Below are positions 57,640-64,000 of a stretch of DNA of 64,000 bases, one piece after another. The stretch lies in contig OZ024743.1 in the NCBI GenBank assembly GCA_964016885.1, forward strand, positions 308,078,001 through 308,142,000. The letters are read 5' to 3'. The notes below the pieces were generated by a model, which saw only the letters and a program-made list of their open reading frames with translations, was not told the origin of the DNA and did not search any database. The number at the start of each line of letters is the position of its first letter. The first letter of the stretch is position 1. The position numbers and the translations under genes were made by a program. The stretch comes from Eledone cirrhosa (Eukaryota).

Positions 57640-59910
57640 TGGTCAACAGTACAAAAAGGGTTTTGTTTACAGTATTAACAATTGTTTCAATGATTAAGTT
57701 GTCTAAAAATTACTAATCACTTGAAGTTGTTTCACTCAATTTTAAATACAATGTATGCTTAACAAAATCATCAGAAAAACTGAATAAAATTATACACGGC
57801 GTTTGTAATATACTAGGGAAATTCAAATCACAACATCAGTAATAAAGAAAGAAAAGGAAAAAAAAAGAAAAAAAGTGAGAGAAAAAGAAAGAAGAAAAAA
57901 GAAAAGAGAATAAAGAAAAAAGATAAAGAAAAAATAATAAATAAATAATAATAAATAAGTTAGAATGAAGATGATAAAAAATAAATTTAAAAAATATTGT
58001 GTGCGAAGAAAAGTGAACATAATATGATTGTTGAAAATAGTTGTGGTGTTGGTGGTTAAAATATAAAGATGTGATGGTATAAACATGAACATATTAAATA
58101 TATACATATATGTATTGGTTAAATTAATAAATTAATAAATTGGAAGTTATGTTAGAAGTGAAGAGAATACGATAGGATATAATGTAAGAGGTGAAATAGA
58201 TTTAGGTAAAGAGAGTGAAAGAAAGAAGTTAGGAGGTTATGATGTTGATTCATTGATTAGTTGATTTATTGACTGTAATAGACTCAGGTAGTACAGTTTG
58301 AATTATGGAATTGTTGGGTCGAATCAAGTTGGTTTGAAATTAGTGAATTTAATAGCTGCTTTATGCCTACAGAAAATTGACAGTTCAATTTTGCTGTTAA
58401 GCAGCATTTTGTCATATTTTAAAATATGGAGCAACTCCATATTGCAAAGTCCGCAGTGGGACATTCAATTTCTGTAGACCTTTGCCCCTGACAGTTTGGA
58501 CCAGCTAATCCAGTATTCTTGGTTTGTATCTTTAAGCTGCCAGATTTTATTGGGGAGCGTTGTTGTGTTCATTAGCCTACGGTTCTTTATAGAGTGTCTG
58601 TGGACGTACCATCTTTTTTTAACTTCCCCGCCGTAGAACATATGTAGTGCCATGCTAAGTTGCCTGAATTTATAGTACACAGAATCACTATATTTGACTC
58701 CAGGCATATATTTTGTAATGGACATTTATCCGGTAAATGACAGTTACATTTTGAGACTTTCCTGTGTGCCGGTTCATCGATGCGGTTTTGTATGTTGTTA
58801 TGTATGGGCTGAGATTTGGGTTTGTTGATGTTTTGTTGTGATGCGTTCTGACGTGTGTGTGGTTGTGATGTTGTTATGTGTTTGTGTTTTGTATTTGATG
58901 TTATGGTGTTTGTTTGTAGGTTATTTTCATTAGAGATTCTTTTATAGTTAATTTTATGTGTGATTCTATGTTGGTTGCAGTAGAGTAAGATAGTTTGATA
59001 GTATTTCTATTAAAGATTTTATGGTATTTGTGAAGTTTAGGGAAGTGCTTGTCAATTAATTTAAAGAATGTAGAAGGTAGTTTGGTTTTTATAGAGGAAT
59101 TAAATATTGGATTGAACCATAAGTATTTCCTATCTCTGGATTTTCTATAGTTCCTAGGGGTTCTTATATTAGTATTCGGTTCATTTATTTCTGGTGCTCG
59201 TTGTCTATTCCTATGTTTAGTTCTATATTTGCTAATTCTATAGGTGTTGGTGGTATTGTTGTTGTTAGGTGTGTTGTTATTGTTGTCTGTATCTGGTATG
59301 TATTTGAGCCTCTCCTTGTGGCCTGCCTTAAGTAAAGCTATGTTGTAGTAGTTCGCGTGTTCATTTAAAATCTCTAGGTTAGAAGATAAGCGTGAAATTC
59401 TAAGGGATATACTATGTGCTATGGAGTTAATTATGGAGCGAGGGTGGTTTGAGTTATAACTAATATAGGCTAGATTTTCGTTATTTTTATGGAAGGGCTC
59501 TATTAGTCCTGTGTTTAGGTTGAGTGATACATCCAAGAAGTTAGCTTTTTAGAGTTGAGTTCGAAAGTGATGCTTAGGCTTAGTTTATTGAAGAAGGTTC
59601 TAATCTTTTTACGTAATCTTTCAAAATTTTGATTATTTAAGTTTTTAGCTTAAAGTAGTGAATCGTCTCTATAAATTCCTCCCTGGAAGTTATCAAATTC
59701 CTTATGTAAGATATCTGCTATATATATTCCAACCATGTCTGTTACTTGAGCTGAGTCGTTAGATCCCATAGTGATATCAAAGTTATTCTGTCTGTTTTTA
59801 CTTTCCCAGTAATTATTATAGAACCTAATGATAGTTCTTATAGCAGCTAGTATTATTCTAATTTCATCAGAGGATAAGTCCGAGTTTTTCTGTGCAAAGG
59901 TTAGTGCCTG
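57640..59910 (-). mobile_element. Second Penelope-like retroelement (RT plus GIY-YIG), frameshifted, 5' truncated
   Basis: FDITMGSNDSAQVTDMVG, IYRDDSLL, DVSLNLNTG, SNHPRSI, LWFNPIFN, KIFNRNTIKLSYS, CNCHLPDKCP, KIWQLKD. Confidence 0.88.
57670..57782 (-). ncRNA. Hammerhead-like motif with ~80 nt stem II insertion at the PLE 3' end
   Basis: Minus strand: cagttttt-CTGATGA-...-GAAA-c-aatt-g-TT-aatactg. Confidence 0.55.
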
Positions 59911-60827
59911 GCATTTTATCCGACACTCCACTAATTCTTCCAATCCACCACTCTAAACACTTAGTGAAATATTACCATCCAGGAACAGTGTTAGTCTATC
60001 ACTGACAGTTATAGATGTAGGTGCTGACCTTTCTCAATGCCTATAAAGTTCCTTGAAGACATTCTCTTTAAATATAACCTTGTCTCGTTTACATTGAAAA
60101 TATGATCTTCACGATTATTAACAAACTATAAACTGGCTTAGAATCTGAAAGGCAGTACCGGTGCTACCATCAAAGTCAACTAGGCAGCTATCTTGGACGT
60201 TGATGTCAATTTGGTGCATTACTGAACCTTAAAGAATCATAGTTTATACAAATTTGTATAATTAGCTTAAATATATAATACTTTTCTGCGGTCAGTAAAT
60301 TAATAGCAGCATAACAGCCTAATTGAAATAAGTGATGGAGTGGGCCGTATGAGGATATGACATGTCACGTGATTTGGCGAGTTGTATGATGACTGCGTTG
60401 TAGAAAATGCAGGGTTAATAATTTTTCTAATGTGGTTAGAGCAAGGAGTGTCAAAAACTAGGTGTGTCAGGCCAAATTGTAAACTAAAATTATTTAATTA
60501 TGAGAATGGGGTGCTTAACCGGCGCATATTGTAGGATCAGTCCTGCTGACAGGGAGTGCTGAAGCTGTTTCGACATCTGTATTTACTGTCTCATAAGTTA
60601 TGGTAACACTACAATAATTAGTACGAGTCTTAAAGCCTGAAAACCAATCCTTGCTACCTGCAAACTTTTCATCTACACACTCCACTGTAAAAACTTTGGC
60701 TTTTACTTTGGTTATTGCAAATGATTTGCTTGACTCAATGGAATGCTTTTCTCATACAAGTCTTCTGTGTTAATAACTTCTCCATTTATTCCGCGAGAAT
60801 AATTCACTTGGGTAGCACTTACTCTAA

Positions 60828-61130
60828 AGGCGGCGAATTAGCAGAGTCGTTAGAACGTCGGAGAGAGTGCTTTACAGTATTCCGGCTCTCTGCTCTCTGA
60901 TCTCTGATTTCTTATCCTGCCGAAGTCAACTTTGCCTTTTATCCTTTCGAGGTCGATAAAAAAAGTACCAGTCTAGCACAGGGGCTGGTTTTTCTATTAT
61001 ATCTCTTTATCTTTTCTTCTTTGGAAGAAATCGGCTGTGTTCAGACATGGTGGGGAAATGAGCATTGCCAGGTTTAAAATACCCAAGGAATGCATTGTGC
61101 CACCACGGTGCTCCTACGACTCCATCAAGA
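60828..61130 (+). mobile_element. Meta-core SINE with extended tail (tail also at ~10056, 13400, 32130)
   Basis: Core followed by ggaagaaatc.gctgtgttcagac.tgg...ccaggtttaaaat...cggtgctcctacgactcca. Confidence 0.7.
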
Positions 61131-62419
61131 GTTACGGATCAAATGTGTGGGAGAGAGAGAGAGAGAGAGTGAGTGTGTGTGTCTGTGTGTGTGTTTGAGA
61201 GAGAGAGCACTTACTCTGGTAGCTTACTGCATTCAACATACTCTATTTTCTCTGCAAATTTGGAAATCATCGTAAAATCGGTGTAGTTTCGCTGCTTGTT
61301 AGAAATTGCACTATTAGTAGAGCGGGGAAAATATGAAGGATTTTGAGCAAACTTTAAGCCGGCGTTTTCATCAATCGGCGTAAATCACACAGGCATAGGG
61401 TAGAGATGTAAATGCTTTGATTGAGTCTACATATCTGAGGAGTAGATCGATTCTGGAATCAGGTCTATCATACCCATGAGGATCTCGAGCCAATCATATA
61501 TAAAACATGTAACGATTGATATACAATTAAAAACAATTTAAAGGGAAACTTCGTTATATCATGCTTTATGCTGGCCGAGGGACGCTGTATTTATACCAGT
61601 GATCTTCGTTACTTTTGTTATATTATACTCCAAACTGCACTGATTTGTAACTCCTGTATAAGGTTAGACTTTTCAATATTTCTTGTTTATGTTTCCTAAA
61701 ATAAAATTTTGAGTATTGAATATTTGACTTTGTATCGCAAATCAGATTTTATTTGCTTGTATACGTGTATATATGCATGAACCTCGTTAAGTGTGTATAC
61801 ACATATGCTATGAAGCAGGATGAGTTCTTCGTTTTGGCGCGAATTCCTTTGTTTGAATTCAACTACCAAAATCACGTGTTATGCTCTGCGAGAAATTCTT
61901 CCTCTTTTCATTAGAGGCAGAGTGGCGGACTGCCGTGAATTGCTAGATAACTTATCGAGTAGTGAAGGCTAGCTCACACCGAACGGAATTTATGTATAAT
62001 GTTGGGCAATTCCTGCTGAAGAGTGTAATAACCCGATTACGTAAATATCCGCTGATTTTACGTGATTTTCTGAACATTGCAGAAGTAAAATCTGCATTTG
62101 TAAAGTTATATTACACAGAAACGATCGTCTAGGAGAGAGATGTGTACACCAATCTCTAAATAAACACAGCCAGCTGTCTGCAGTAAATTAAATATGTGCA
62201 CTCTGAACAGTTTGATTGCAGCTCCATAACTGCAATTCGCTAAATTCATTGAGTAAGTTAGACGCTGGACGGGTGACGCTGTATTTATACCAGCGATCTT
62301 CGTTACTTTTGTTAAATATACATATAAATCATAATGGATGCAGTAAAAACCAGTTAGACCATTACTCACCAGAGTACTTGATACTTTGGGTAGTAGAGTA
62401 GGTAATATGAAGGATATAT

Positions 62420-62468
<49 letters not shown>

Positions 62469-62473
<5 letters not shown>

Positions 62474-62647
62474 GTTTCTACTTTTGGCACAAGGCCAGCA
62501 AATTACCCAGTGCATTACTGGTACTTTATTTTATCGACCCCGTAAGGATGAAAGGCAAAGTCAACCTCGGCGGGATTTGAACTCAGATCGTAAAGGGACG
62601 TAACTATGCTGGAAAGCATGGCGTCCGACCCTCTACCGATACTGCCA
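62469..62647 (-). mobile_element. Young Meta-core SINE copy
   Basis: Near-identical to 10500-10678. Confidence 0.9.
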
Positions 62648-62972
62648 GTGTGTGTATGCGTATATAATTCAAAGTCAGTTCAATTGAAATGAAACTAATA
62701 TCTGTCCATGGTTTTCCCAAAAGTTTATCATATAATAGTTCTCGGTTGTGTATATTTTTTATTTATTTAAAAAAAAAGTTATTTATTTATTCATATTTCA
62801 CTTCCGTCCTAAATCTGGAAGTAGTTCCTGCTGCTTGATAGAAAGCAGCGGAAATGCTTCTTTTACTACCGGATTTAATTTTTTAGCTTGCATTGACCAC
62901 TTCAAAAAAATGCCAACGAAAGGTCACTCCAGTTTTAGTACGTCTGCTCTCTCTCGTTCTCTCTCTCTCTAA

Positions 62973-63040
<68 letters not shown>

Positions 63041-63480
63041 CTCTCTCTCTCTATCTATCTCTCTCTCTTTCCTTTTTCACTCGACATATGATGTTAAGGA
63101 CAAATATTAATATTTAGAAAAAAAATAATAACACAAAAACCCCAATAAAACTAAAATCCCACCCACCTATCCCCACCACATCCTAGTAACCTAGACGTAA
63201 AAAGGAAACCCCATAAGGAAGATATCTCGTTATCTTGATTATTTCTGTTTACTACTTCCATTCATTGGTGTCCTCAAAGAAACTTGTTGATATATCTTTC
63301 TATATTTAGAAACAAACCAAGGGCATATTTTTTCCTAGCACTAGACTCAGCTTGACCTCATCATATCGTGTCTTGCAATTTGTCAAATCTCATTCATCAG
63401 CCTACATACACATCTATCTATTAATCTCTCTGTCTATCTCGCCATAAATATACATACATACATAAATAAATACACACACG

Positions 63481-63515
<35 letters not shown>

Positions 63516-63678
63516 ATTGAAATGAAGTTAGAATTCCTCTGTGACAGACCTGTTTCTCTCTTGTTAGGAATCCCCTCGTTTTTATTTCTCTCCATATATA
63601 TATATGTGTGAGTGTGTGTGTGTGTGTGTGCATAAGCTGTGATTCAGCTATCTAATTTAAGACGGTAAGAGTTGTCTC

Positions 63679-63753
63679 GGTGACTTGACCAAATGGTTCA
63701 AAGCGCCTAGCTGGTATCTGGGCGATACGGGGTTCGATTCCTCGTATCGGCCA
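63679..63753 (+). other. tRNA-like sequence (pseudo-tRNA or SINE head, anticodon GGT)
   Basis: A-box-like tgaccaaatgg, anticodon arm cctag-ctGGTat-ctggg, T arm cgggg-ttcgatt-cctcg; acceptor stem pairs poorly. Confidence 0.5.
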
Positions 63754-63844
63754 ATGAGAATTTGTGTTTCTGTCTTTAAGCGTCTTCACGCTATTTTATA
63801 GCATCTCCTTACATCACTCTTTATATATATATATATAGTGGTAT

Positions 63845-63896
<52 letters not shown>

Positions 63897-64000
63897 ATAA
63901 GAAAATCTCAGGAGAGCTAGACAACAGAAGGCCCCCCTCAAGCTAGTGTTTAGGCCTTTATATATGTATATATATATATATACATGCATGCATATAGTGA

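Noticed and set aside
61581-62313. ~40 bp direct repeat gacgctgtatttataccag.gatcttcgttacttttgtta at 61581 and 62276
   Set aside because: Real duplication, but no ribozyme core, TIR or ORF found to give it meaning.

Overview
AT-rich, microsatellite-laden animal genomic DNA. The SINE repertoire and (TA)n density suggest a cephalopod such as Octopus (inference). One host gene is recognisable: a minus-strand KLF15-type C2H2 transcription factor at about 3.8-5.1 kb, with a candidate E-box/CCAAT promoter near 6.7-6.9 kb. The rest is mobile DNA: RTE LINE remnants, an R4/Dong-like RLE retrotransposon, a full-length but mutated Tc1 IR/DR transposon, many tRNA-derived SINEs and four Penelope-like element (PLE) coding remnants. 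The main signal that no ORF explains is a dense set of type I hammerhead ribozyme (HHR) motifs, roughly 20 cores in at least 10 sequence families, found by eye. Some sit in PLE 3' ends. Others sit in non-coding ~400-470 bp units arranged as tandem plus fold-back arrays inside (TA)n tracts. One family shows a compensatory stem II substitution between two loci and a 13-bp target-site duplication, consistent with retrozyme-like non-autonomous elements mobilised by PLEs. All folds and coordinates were read manually and may be off by a few bases; no activity is demonstrated.
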